From: Lama guanicoe
Taxonomy: Eukaryota
Direction: 5' to 3'
DNA length: 64,000 bases
NCBI GenBank assembly: GCA_013239625.1
Contig: MU053873.1
Location: 2,804,524 to 2,868,523, forward strand
Shown: piece after piece, positions 1 to 11,651 of the stretch
How positions within the stretch are numbered: position 1 is the stretch's first letter
Layout: every line of letters starts with the position of its first letter
The notes under the pieces: model-generated
Told to the model about the DNA's origin: nothing
Database searches by the model: none
The model's input: the letters and a program-made list of their open reading frames with translations, nothing else
Translations under genes and position numbers: made by a program

Positions 1-759
1 AGAGGCAACCTGGTAAACGCAGGTTATGTTCTGAAATCCCATTAAAAAAATAATAGAGGAGCAGAGCTCTCAAAATTACACTATAAATAACAGGGAATAA
101 GAATGATGTGTAAAAAATTAAAAGAAAAAAGGTGGGCTGGGGCTTCTTGAGACTAAAACCCTAAGTCTCTCCCCTTTCCTTGCACTGGTACTTAATTTAG
201 TAGAACAAATCTGTACGTAAAGCAAAAGAAAAAGCAAACAGCCGTATGTCCCCATAATAAGATACTAATTTTCACTTAGCAAAGAGAGCTTTAAATAAGA
301 CGCAGGCTCAGAAAGGCTGCATGAAAAGCTGGCTCTTTTAATCCTTGCTGGGGAAACAACTGGTAAAGCTTTCTGGAAAACAATTTGACGCCGGGTATCA
401 GTTTGGTCACTCTCTTTCACTTAATGATTCCACCGCTGGGAATATATACTAAGAAGATCACCCTAAATTTGGTAAAAAGCTTTATGCAAAAGGGTGCTCA
501 CTGCAAAATTACGTATAATAACTAAAAAACAAGTAAACTAAATGTCCCTTGATAATCTCAACAAAAATTACGTCGATTTATCAACAGTCTCGATAAAAAT
601 GAGTACCTATGGTATATGCACTCCATGTATTAGTATTTCTGTTGCCACACATTATGTCTGGGAAGAGATTATAGCGGCGTGTGGGGTGGGGGAGTGTACA
701 ATGTCATGTCAAGGAAAAGAGCAGGATAAATACACACCTCAGCGACACTGATAATGACA

Positions 760-950
760 ACTAGCCGTCACTGCCTCCTGTGTAGCAGGGAAGCTCTGTT
801 CTAAGCACTTTACTAAATGCCTCATTTAATACTCAAAATTATACTATACGTAATTATCATGTCCATTCCACAGATAAACTGAGGGCCAGAGTTCAGCACC
901 CAGAGGCACACAGATGTAAGGAGAGTCAGACTTGGATCCCAGCATGGACA
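760..950 (-). mobile_element. MIR SINE relic; similar relics at ~1380-1500, 5100-5520, 29240-29370, 41170-41530, 43570-43690, 44430-44650, 46550-46660 and 59720-59880
   Basis: MIR core motifs such as cattttacagatgaggaaactgaggc and ctctctgagcctcagtt. Confidence 0.6.
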
Positions 951-1033
951 CCGCTGTGAAGCAAAAGGTCATCAGATGAGGGTGGGGGCCCTCCCACCCC
1001 GACTGCCTCCAGCCTGAGCCGGGTGATACCCAC

Positions 1034-1074
1034 CTAGTGCTGAGTTCCAGAAATCAGAGATAAGCAGGTCCTCC
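1034..1074 (-). CDS. SRRD: SRRD coding exon 2 (41 nt; (G)EDLLISDFWNSAL); gene continues beyond the left edge
   Basis: On the minus strand, caacag|G GAG GAC CTG CTT ATC TCT GAT TTC TGG AAC TCA GCA CTA G|gtgggt. Completes the phase-2 codon of exon 1 and matches recalled human KDLFISDFWSSAL. Confidence 0.9.
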
Positions 1075-1614
1075 CTGTTGAGAAAAAATGGCGTGGTCAT
1101 CTCTTGTCCCTTTCAGGGTTGTTCCAACAGTGACCTTCCTCCCAACCATGATCTGGATGTGGGAAGGTGGAGGACCCTCAGATGCAAATCCCACCCGCGA
1201 GACTGGAGCATGATACACAGAGACCAGGTCCAGAGTCAGAGCAGCGTGGCTGGGCTCGGGGAGGGCAGGAGGCTTTCCTGGAGGAGGGCCTGATCCCCGG
1301 GGACAGGTCTGGCTGTTCTGTATCCTTGGTCCACAACAGCAGTAGGGGCACAAGTGCAGCTCCATAAATAGTGGGGGAAGGCACAGACCTCGCCTGTTCC
1401 CTCATCTCTAAAGTGGGGATGAGAACTGTACCTGCCACAGAGGGTTACAGGGAGTAACTGGTAACACTCAGCACAGTGCCTCGTACGGAGCAGGTACTCA
1501 GTCATGGCCTTTGCTGTTATACATACTTTTCAGGGGAAAGTAAAAGGGACAAAACCAAGGGCTGGGCTTTCTTTGAAGTCAACTGGTCCCACAAACCAGA
1601 GCAAAACACAGTCA

Positions 1615-3092
1615 ATAGAAAATTGAAGCTGACTTAAAGAAATGGAAAGATATCCCATGCTGTGGGGTTGGAAAAATCAATATTGTTCAAATGGCCATAC
1701 TCCCCAAGGTAATCTACAGATTTAATGTGATCCCTATCAAATTACCAAGGACATTTTTCACAGAACTAGAACAAATAATCCTAAAATTTATATGGAATCG
1801 CAAAAGACCCAGAATTGCCAAAGCATTACTGAAGAAAAAGAATGAAGCTGGAGGAATAACCCTCCCAGACTTCAGACAATACTATAGAGCTACAGTAATC
1901 AAAACAGTGTGGTACTGGCACAAAAACAGACATAAGGATCAATGGAACAGAACAGAGCCCAGAAATAAACCCACAGACTTTTGGTCAATTAACCTTCAAC
2001 AAAGGAGGCAAGAATATACAATGGAAAAAGACAGTCTCTTCAGCAAGTGGTGTTGGGAAAACCGGACAGCTGCATGTAAATCAGTGAAGTTTTCAAACTC
2101 ACACCATTCACAAACATAAACTCAAAACGGCTTAAAGACTTAAACATAAGACAAGACACAATAAACCTCCTAGAAGAAAACATAGGCAAAACATTCTCTG
2201 ACATAGATCTTAGCAATGTTCTCCTAGGCAGTCTACCCAGGCAATAGAAGTAAAAGCAAAAACTAACAAATGGGACCTAATTAAACTTACAAGCTTTTGC
2301 ACAGCAAAGGAAACCATAAGCAAAACAGAACGTCAACTTACAGAATGGGAGAAAATACTTGCAAATGATGCAACTGACAGGGGGTTAATTTCCAGAATAT
2401 ATACACAGCTCATACAACTTAATAACAACAAAAACAAACAACCGAATCCAAAAATGGCCAGAAGACCTAAACAAGCAATTCTCCAATGAAGACATACAAA
2501 TGGCCAATAGGCACATGAAAAAAATGCTCGATATCGCTAATTATCAGAGAAACACGAATAAAAACTACAATGAGGTGTCACCTCACACCAGTCAGAACGG
2601 CCATCATTCTCAAGTCCGCAAACAATAAATGCTGGAGAGGGTGTGGAGAAAAGGGAACCATCCTACACGGCTTGTGGGGATGTAGTTTGGTGCAGCCATT
2701 ATGGAAAACAGTATGGAGATTCCTTAAAAGACTGAAAATAAACTTACCATATGATCAAGCAATCCCACTCCTGGGCATATATCCAGGGGGTACTCTAATT
2801 CAAAAGGATACATAACACCCCAATGTTCACAGCAGCACTACTTACAATAGCCAAGACATGGAAGCAACCTAAGTGTCCGTCGACAGATGACTGGATAAAG
2901 ATGTGGTGTATTTATACAATGGAATACTACTCAGCCATAAAAACTGACAACATAATGCCATTTGCAGCAACATGGATGGACTTGGAGATCATCATTCTAA
3001 GTGAAGTAAGCCAGAAAGAGAAAGAAAAATGCCATATGATGTCACTTGTATGTGGAATCTAAAAAAAGGGATGCAAATGAACTAATTATTTA
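1615..3092 (+). mobile_element. 5'-truncated LINE-1 (ORF2 C-terminus plus start of 3' UTR), frameshifted, in SRRD intron 1
   Basis: ORFs 1691..2119 ([19 protein letters not shown]...), 2570..2815 and 2823..3062 are typical L1 ORF2p C-terminal peptides. Confidence 0.95.
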
Positions 3093-3534
3093 TAACTTAG
3101 ATGACTGATTTCTTGAATATGTGTAAGCACATTCGGCTGTCCTTCATGACTGGATTATTGCATTCATTTGATTCTTATTTTGTGGTTGGCTTTAATCCTT
3201 TGATAACTATGTAAGTTTAAAAAGCTAAAGCCATGAACTGTTCTTAGAAACAATGAACAGTACATATATGTAAATTTTAAAATGGATTTCCCTCTCAATG
3301 AGTTGCTCGTCCTCGAAAAAACTTTGTTTACATAAAAAAAAATTTGTGGGCTGCCCTTTTGTGCTCCCTCCTCTTCAGAGGCGGCCCGCACTCTGTCTAT
3401 GGAGTGTGTAGCTTTTACTTTAACCTGCGCACCCAACTCCGACACCTCTTTCCTTGCCTTTCTCTTGCCTTACACTCTAAGCAGTATGTATCTCTCTAAA
3501 TAAATCTACCTTTACTCAAATAAAAAAAAAAAAC

Positions 3535-3950
3535 AAGAAATTGTGTATATACACACAAAGGAGTATTATTCAGCCATAAAAAGAAAAATCTTAAAATCTT
3601 GCCATTTGTGACAACATGGATGGACCTTGAGGGCATTATGCTAAGTGAAATAAAGCAGAGAGAAAGACAAATGCCATTATCTCACTTAACGAGGAATCTT
3701 AGAAACAAACATCAAGCTTACAGCTACAGAGAACAGACTGGTGGTTGCTAGGGGCGGGGCCTGGAGGGTGGGTGAAACGGATAAAGGGGGTCAAAAGGTA
3801 CAAACTTTAAGTTAGAAAATAAATAAGGCATGGGGATGTAATGTATAGCATGGTGACTATAGCTAAAAGTACTGTATTGTGTATTTGAAAATTGCTGAGA
3901 CCTTAAGCTCTTAGCACAAGAAACTTTTTGTAAAAATATAAAATGAACTG
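3535..3950 (+). mobile_element. Older LINE-1 3' end fragment
   Basis: L1 3' motifs: tattcagccataaaaag, gacaacatggatggaccttgagggcattatgctaagtgaaataa, gaaaattgctgaga. Confidence 0.85.
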
Positions 3951-4554
3951 GATTTGACCTGACAAGCCAGAAGCTAGTGTTCATGAGGCTCAGAGAAGAG
4001 ACGGGGTTGAAGAGGCTGCCCTCATGCCCTGTGCAGAGGGTAAAGGAGGGCTGTGATGTACAGGGAGTGCTTGGTATACCGGGGAGTGTGTGTACAGGAC
4101 AGCAGGTAAAGTGCTAGGCTCTTCTCTCCTCAGGGCAGTGGGGACTCCACCACACTAGAGGGTACAGGGAGAAGTAGGGAGTCCCTGGGGCACACTGAAG
4201 AAACTGAGGAGGAAGAACAATGTCACGATGTACAGAAAGCACCTTAGGAGTTCTCCAAACCCCTAGGCACACTCATTCTCACTGGCATCACCTGAGATTC
4301 TAGAAAAAATCACTGCTTTTCTTCTCAGGCTAACACTGCCTCTTGGTCCTAATTTGTTTGGGGCGGGGGGTATAAAATTAGTCTATTTCTCTCAGTTGTG
4401 ACAGTCCTTCAGCTGTTGATTGAAAAGCATTAACAAAAGCTGTTATTTACTGAGCCCTTAAAGGACTGCAAATAAAGGCAATAATACTAATTCACAAAAG
4501 TTAGTAACAGTTATTGAGTGCTTCCTGGGCGTTAGCCACTGTTCTAAGCGTTAC

Positions 4555-5021
4555 TGATGGGGGTCAGGGCAGACTGCCCCCAAATATGCCACTTTGGCAT
4601 ATTGATTATTTGGAATTATAGCCACTTGAAAAATATCCAGTTCAAGAAGAACACTCTGACCCTCCTTTGTTCCCCTGAAAGCAGGAAATCAATCTCCCAT
4701 ATGAAAACATCCTCCCTGTACCAGGAGGATAAAAGGCATCCTTATTGCCAGAGATGGGTAATTCAAGAATGAGAATGCTTTATAAATAGTTACTTCACTA
4801 ATTTGCTACCCCAAGTCCAAGCCCCTTTATTTTGTCACAAATAACTGTCTAAAAGGTATAAAAGCTGCCTGTTCGGCCACTTTTTTGGGTATCATATTTC
4901 ATGGGATGCCTATACATTCCTAATTAAATTCGGTTTCCCCTTCTGTTACTCTGTCTTGTGTCAATTTGATTATTAGACCAATCAAATGAACCTAGAAGGG
5001 AAGAGAAACGCTTCCTTCTCA
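4555..5021 (+). mobile_element. Solo LTR, ERV1 class (MER34/MER39-like), interrupting a MIR
   Basis: TG...CA ends; opening ccccaaatatgccactttggcatattgattatt; internal TATAAAA and ATTAAA. Family name from recall. Confidence 0.65.
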
Positions 5022-5703
5022 GCGCTATCTAAAGTACATGGCAAGGCATGGAAGGGAGGGGAGTGGGGGATAAACCAGAATAATGGAGAGCTCTGAAGCA
5101 CAGGTGTTTGGAGTCACAAAAGCAGGGGTGAAGCCTGATTCCCTACAATACCTATGTCTCTTTAAGAAGGGGCGCCCTACCAGGATTCCAGCTTAGCTGA
5201 ATTGTACCTATTGATAAAGTGTATAGAGTTCCTACGCCAGTGCCAGGCACACAGCAGTCCTCAATTAACGAATGATGATAATCATGAAGACAATCACGTG
5301 TGCAGGTTGCTGTCCTGGTGTTAGCAAAACCACTAATAACCAGTATTCGCGTAATATTAATACCAAACACTGGTACTGCTCTTACCACGCGCCCGACACT
5401 GTTGGGAATGGTTCACATTTACTAATTCACTGAATCCTCAAAACAAACCCATACAGGTACTACTTTCATGTCCATCTCACACACATTACGTACCTTGACC
5501 AAAATTAAGCAGCCGCAGTTGCAATAAGAAGAGGTAACAAACTTTATTAATTGGTCTCTATGCTCCAGCCTGTAACGAGTTCTTTACCTCCGTTTAATCC
5601 TACAATAACCCCTTAAAGGGTATGCATTTACTCCCACTTTACAGATCGCTTGGAGGGTCCCCAAAGCGTGAAGATTCGGACCCAGGACTGAGCCCGTACT
5701 CAC

Positions 5704-5873
5704 CCGGCCTCCCGGATGCGACGAAGCACTACTCCGCCGTTCACCTCGGGCTCGGCTCCCGGGGCCCCGGCCGCCGCCGCCGCCGCCGCCTCCCTCCGCC
5801 TCGGACGCCGCGCCGCTGAGCGCCTTCTCCGCGGAGACACCGCCTGCCAGGCTTCCAGCGCCGCCGCCGCCAT
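5704..5873 (-). CDS. SRRD: SRRD coding exon 1 (SRR1 domain-containing protein; [56 protein letters not shown])
   Basis: ATG at 5873, 170 nt open, donor GG|gtgagt at 5703. Resembles the recalled human N-terminus ([31 protein letters not shown]...GVVLRRIWEA). Head-to-head with HPS4. Confidence 0.92.
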
Positions 5874-5914
5874 GGGCCTCTGACGTCACCGCCGCGCGCG
5901 GCCTACGTCATCGG

Positions 5915-5947
5915 CCCGCGCCAGCTCTGCGGGAACTTTAGGGGGAG
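5915..5947 (+). other. HPS4: Probable HPS4 non-coding exon 1 (start approximate; candidate donor GAG|gtaggc at 5948)
   Basis: Donor-like site in the CpG island upstream of the first coding exon. The TSS cannot be determined from sequence. Confidence 0.4.
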
Positions 5948-7488
5948 GTAGGCGCAGGTGGCGCGTGACCATGGGGCCTCTCCGCCGCGCGCGTAGGTAC
6001 CGGGCGGGAGTCCCTGGGACCTCTGGGTCCGGAGCCCCGAACCCCGATCCTCGGGTTGCCTGGCTACTCTAGCGGGTGGGCGGCGCCCGGCGGCGCGGGG
6101 ACACCAAAGGGCGGGACCCCGGCCGAGAGCGTATTTTGGCGGCCCCACCGCGCTGTGACCCGGCCGCGACTGACCCCCGCGCCTTTGCCCACCAATCCCA
6201 GCCCCCTGGAGCTGAGGCCAGACGACACTTTCCAGTGCTCTCGGCCGTTACCGATCTCCTCCTGGCGCATCGCAGTCATTAGCGCCCCTTTTTCTTGCTC
6301 TGTGGACCCACTGAGGCCACTTCCTACATCATCACTACCACCCCTAGGCCTTTGCCGGCCATGTCTTTGACTCCCCCGGTGGTTACTCAGACTTTCCAGG
6401 CCACAGCTTTCTCTGGCCACATCCCATCACCTGCCCTATCCCAAGACCATTACCGGCTTCTGGACCTTTCAGAGATAGGCTAATGGACCTAGGGCCCAAG
6501 CCTCTGGGAACAAGGGATGGGGGTTTCAGGCTGCAGTTCTTGGTTCCATGGGCTTAGATGCCGCCTCCGCAAGCATCCAAATAGGCTTCATAGATACCAT
6601 GAGTATGACCCTGGGGAGGCCCCCGCCCAAGATATCTAGAGCTGAGAAAAGTTAGAGGTTTTACAGGCCATCAGAGATTTGGTGGTGTCCTCTCTGGGGA
6701 CTTCTCTCTACCAAAGGAGCTTAAAAAAACTCTCTTGTGTTCCCAGCAGGGTGACAGATGGTGAGCAGGCATTTGAAACCATGTCTCTGGGGACATTAAG
6801 CTTGAAGAAAGTGACAGTGAGAATACAGTTTTGAAGTGACCAAACGGTTGACTTGTGGAAGGATTAGACCTTGTTATCCAGACCAGTGTTTGGAGGTTAC
6901 TGGGAGGCCAATTTTAGCTTGGTGGAAGGACAAATTTAACACTGTGAACTGCCTGTCTCTGGAGGGAGGTAAGCCAGAGACAGTCAGGTAGTTTTGGAAG
7001 GAGAATACAAGAGGGGAGGATGAGAGGAAGTCATGCCAGCATCCCTTCTGAGTCTGAAATATCACAATACCCCAAGTTGTCTCTTGTGGGAGTTTGAAAG
7101 CCACTTGTTAAATTCCCTTTTTGTCTTTTGGAAACTTGCCCAGCTCTGGGATGCTGCATGTTCAGACTGCCTCGGGGCTGTCAAGGTGACAGTTCCTTAA
7201 TTTGAGTTCCATTATTACTACAGCGCCCGCCTTATTTGTATAGCTAGCAGTCCTTGACACCCAGAGCTTTTTCACACCCGTTACTTACTTTTATCTTCTG
7301 TGTGACATCACTGTGTAAGTAACCATGGGACTTAACGCTGAAGTTTTGCGCCCCTCTCTTTTTTATTTTGTAACATGCTTTTCAGCTTTCTGGAAAGCTC
7401 TTGTGAAGAATACCATTTGCTTAACCCGGCCGGGTCACATGCTCACTCATAAGACTCTGAAATAATCTATTCTTTGTGTTTATTTTAG

Positions 7489-7977
7489 GATCATAGCACT
7501 GATGTTTGAACAGGAAGCTTCAAAACTTTTTAAAAAAAACTTCAGAATGGCTCTGAACCAGACAAGCTAGAAGTCGCTCCAGAGCACCGCCTTCAGCATG
7601 CGTTTCCCTGGCCCAGCCTGCCTGGCAAGGGGCTCTTGGAAGGGGTCATTCTGCAGAGGGCCAGCGAGCTGATGCTCACGGAACCTGATTGGTGGATTTG
7701 ACTTTTCTGATCAAATTCTCTTACTTGATTATATGGTCTCCCAGAGGCCTGAGAGGCGTGTAGGTCTTCACGGGGACCCAAGGGCCTGCAAGGAAGGGAA
7801 GTAGCACTTTCGTGCTGAATGAAAACTAAGCAAGTAGCCTTTGGGACTGGAAACACCGACCTCCCACATCTGGATTCCCTGGATTGGGGACGCGGAGGAA
7901 CTGTCACTGCTGGGGAGAAAGAGGCGAGACTGGAAAAGAAAACCCAAATAAAGAGAATGAGGGCCCCCGGAGAGTAA
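7489..7977 (+). other. HPS4: HPS4 exon 2, 5' UTR portion
   Basis: Acceptor ctttgtgtttattttag|G at 7488/7489, contiguous with the ATG at 7978. Confidence 0.55.
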
Positions 7978-8018
7978 ATGGCCGCCTCCGACTCAACAGA
8001 GACGAAGTCAGCCTCCTG
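7978..8018 (+). CDS. HPS4: HPS4 coding exon 1 (MAASDSTETKSAS-W); BLOC-3 subunit, Rab32/38 GEF partner of HPS1
   Basis: ATG GCC GCC TCC ... TCC TG|gtgagt; matches recalled human MATSTSTEAKSASW; 41 nt. Confidence 0.92.
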
Positions 8019-8669
8019 GTGAGTAGCAAGCCCTGCAGTGCGGTGGTTCCTGCCAGGCTGCCAGATGGATGCTTCGGGTTAACGGAAAACCCCAGCCAGA
8101 CTGTCTGGATTTTATTAAGGAGGGGGAAATGCCATTTTCCTCAGTGAATCAAGGGCCATTCCTCTCCAAAGCTGATGGGTTGTAACCTTGGGAGCCGCCT
8201 GCGGTGTCTGGATGAGGCCAGCATTGCTGGGAGATGGTGGAAAAGAGCTGGGGCTGGGCCCTGCAGCCGGCCTTGCTAATACCATGGGCACCGGAGGCTT
8301 CACTTCTGAGAGACAAGAAATGGTTTTGGTGCAGAATTTCTCCACGGGAAGAGGTTTGAGGGGCTGGCTCTTGAAGGGTATTACACAACGTCTGCCTGCA
8401 GGTCTGTCCCCTCCTCACCCACATGGGGTAAGCCAGTCGTAATTTGGTTCAGCAGATGTAATCGAGCAGCTGAAAGCGAGCGGCATGGTTTCAATAGAAC
8501 GAGCAGGATTTAGTGACGGATTCTCTGTGTGCAGGTCAGAGTGACACCCCAGTTTTCTTTTGTGTGCCTGGAAGAGTGGGGGTGCTTTCACCCAGAGAAC
8601 ATAAAGAAAGGGGCCCAGCAGTGGGGTTCATTCTTCATTCATTCGTCTATCCATTTACCTAGCCAGGTA

Positions 8670-9145
8670 GCTTCCAACTTTATTGACATAAAATTGACAC
8701 ACAGCACTGTATAAGCGTAGGGTGTACAACACAATGATGTGACTTACAGAATCATGAAATGCTGACCACAGTAAGTTTAGTGAACATCTGTCATCTCATA
8801 CAGATACAAAATAAAAGAAGAAAACAGTTTTCCTTGTGATGAGAACTCAGGGTTTACTCTCCTAGCTTGCACTGTAACATATAACAAGGAGCAGTGTTAA
8901 TTATATTAATCATGTTGACCATTACATCCCTGGTACTTGTTTATCTCGTAACGGGGAAGATTGTGGCTTTTGACTGCCTTCATCCAGTTCCCCCTTCCCC
9001 CACCTCCGTCGTCCGGTGAGCACAACTCTGGTCTCTTTTTCTGAGTTTGTTTGTTTGAAGTATAGTCAATCTGTAACACTATGTTAGTTCGGTGCCTAAC
9101 GTAGTGGCTTGATATTTCTATATGTTACAAAACACTCACCACATG
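8670..9145 (-). mobile_element. LINE-1 3' end fragment, antisense, in an HPS4 intron
   Basis: Reverse-complement L1 3' UTR motifs (tttattgacataaaattgacacacagcactgtataag..., gaagtatagtcaatc). Confidence 0.75.
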
Positions 9146-10186
9146 GCAGTGGGGTTTCTGTGTTGGTTATGAAACATTTTTGAGGCTCTGTGATGTGAAC
9201 TTGCCCTGTAGCCAGTCACACACTGGGTCCTAGGACTCGAGAAAGTGGACTGTGCTGGAACAAAGTTAGTACTTGTCATCGGGAAGATAAGGTGGGAGCC
9301 ATGGAGGGTGGCAGGGGGAGGGCGTGGATCGGGGAGAAGAGTGCAGGTGCCAGAGTGGTCACATGCTCTGGCCTGACGTGTGTGTGCTCTCAGAGACTGA
9401 GAGGTTAAAACCCAGGCCCAGCCTGGGGAGTTTGCTTTGTGGTCTTAAAGAGGTAATTATAGTTATTCTGCTCCCGCAGAGGGAGCAGAGGGTTATGGAA
9501 ATTGAGAAGAGAGCTTCCTCTGGGGGGAGAAAATCAGAAGTTTGATGAGGGATGGTGTTAAAGGATGGGTGAGGATTTGACAGGCAGGGAGGGGTGTGGT
9601 GCCTCTCTGAACCCTCACACGCCCCCATTTTTCCCATTATAGACTCACTATCCTGTGTGGAAGCTGCAGGCTTCCTTCCTGCCTGCCTTTTCTCACCACG
9701 GCCCCAGGACTGGCACACGCAGCGCACACCGCAGGCCCTCAGCAAACGTGTCAGATGAACGCATGAGTTCCGGGTGGAGGGCCATTTTCCGGAGGTCTCG
9801 TGCCTGGCAGTTGTGGGGGCGCTGACCAAGCCATCCCTAACTTACTGCGTTATCAGGGCCTTAAAAGACACTGCCGGACCACACGGTTCTACAGTTAAGG
9901 TTCAGTGTCTCAGATAAGAGGCGTCCTTGTGGGTGCCCCATCTTTCCTTAGCTGTTCCCCTGCTTTTCTTGGGCAGATGGTCTGATGGCTGGATAGAGAC
10001 ATATTTTTAGTTTGACTCAACTGCATGTATGAAACGGTTTTATCTACTTGCAGCCCCTAGGTTCCTTCTTCTGGAGCCACCAAAAGGCTTTCAAACCCCG
10101 TGCAGTGCGCCCCTCTCCGGCTGTGTTTTCAAACGCCCTGCTCCCAGGATAGAAGGAAACGTGGCTCCCTTCTTTTCTCTCGCCAG

Positions 10187-10277
10187 GTGGAGTTACTTTT
10201 TCCTTTATGATGGTTCAAAGGTGAAGGGCGAAGGCGACCCGACCAGAGCTGGCATCTGTTACTTTTATCCCTCGCAG
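10187..10277 (+). CDS. HPS4: HPS4 coding exon 2 ([30 protein letters not shown])
   Basis: cgccag|G ... CAG|gtaagc; 91 nt; phase-consistent. Confidence 0.96.
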
Positions 10278-11450
10278 GTAAGCCACCACGGCATTTTATT
10301 GTTTGATGGGGATCCCACAGCCTCGAAGTGGTGACTTTTCAAAAGGATGGGGTTCACATCTAGAGAGTTTTCTTTGCACAATCCATGCATCTGCCATTTC
10401 TACTCTCTTATTCTTAATTGTACTGTGTATTGTTGTCCTGGTGTTGAAATGCCCAGGCAGCCCACCACTTCCGGCCTCCCTAGCTCTCTGTTACCGTCCT
10501 GATTTTCTGTCTGCCCCCTATTGAATAAAACCTCTTCTTCAAACATGTACAAAAGTGGAGAGGTGTGCATCCTTAGCCCTCGTGGGCCCATCACCAGCTT
10601 CAACAATGATCAGTGCTTGGCCAGCTCTGTATGACCTATCCCAACTTCTCTGCACTGCTTTTTAGTCCCTGGAGTGTTTTGAAGCAAATCCTAGCCATTG
10701 TGGCATCTCACCAGTATCAAGTGACATCTCGAACTGCAAAGGCTGTACTTAACATCCCACTCAGCAAAAGTTACAATAATTAGTAACAATAAGTCCTTAA
10801 TATCATCAGATATGGTCTGTGTTCAAATTTTGCCTTTCTTGTCTTAGATATTACTTAGTCCTTCCTTCCTTCCTTCCCCCTTTGTCTCTCTCTCCCCCCA
10901 GTCAGTATGCAAACAAGGCCCACATACTCCATTTGGTTATTTTGCATTTCAAGTCCTTTTTATTGTGTAACACCGCTCACCCACCCCCACCATGCTCCCC
11001 ACCCCCGTGCCATTGAAATTTTGAAGAAACCAGGTCACTCATGCAGATGACATCAGCACGTCCCCAGCTCTGGATCTGGCTAGTCACTTACTCCTGATGG
11101 CGTAGGTTACTGTCTTCCCAGCACATTTCCTGTAAACTAGTAGTAGTAAGGTCTAGAGCCTTGATTAGGTTCAAGTTCAGCTCTTCTCGGCCAGAGTTCT
11201 TTGTTTTCTGTTGCATCGCATAACGTCTGTCTGCGCCCCAGTTTAGTTAATGTGAAGATTGGGTAGGAGGACTGTGTCTTGGCTCATGTGACTGTGCTCT
11301 GCCTTGGATGGTGGGGATTAGTCTCGGCTGCTCTGGCCACTCCACAGGGGATCCACACACACGCCTGTAATCCTCAGAACAACACTGTGGTTCCGGGCAG
11401 TCATCTTACGTGTTCACTGTGCGTGTCTGTGACAGTTCAGTCATCCTGGG

Positions 11451-11651
11451 CAGGCTGCGGTAAACCTTGTCTACAGAGGGCCAGAGGTAATATTTTAGGT
11501 TTTTCGAGCCACGTAAGGTCTCTGTCACATATTCTTCTATGTTGTTTTGACAACTCTTAAGAAAATATAAAAAGCATTCTTAGCTGATGGGTTATATAAA
11601 AACAGGCAGCAGAGTTGATCTGGCCTCCAGGCTGTAGGCCGCCAGCCCCTG
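11451..11651. mobile_element. MER58-like hAT MITE
   Basis: cagg...ggtaaac / gccagcccctg termini; internal agggccagaggtaaatattttagg. Confidence 0.65.

Larger units (their letters stand above)
5640..6290. promoter_or_regulatory. CpG island / bidirectional promoter of SRRD and HPS4; full CRE palindrome TGACGTCA at 5881-5888 and CGTCA half-site at 5906-5910
   Basis: Very high GC and CpG density between divergent genes; motifs read directly. Confidence 0.85.

Noticed and set aside
1..40. Possible SRRD exon 3 after a minus-strand tttcag acceptor
   Set aside because: The translation does not resemble the expected continuation (recalled ETINRCLTKHLEQL). Exon 3 probably lies outside the window.
1691..3062. 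Functional protein-coding ORFs
   Set aside because: Frameshifted fragments of L1 ORF2 in a 5'-truncated copy.
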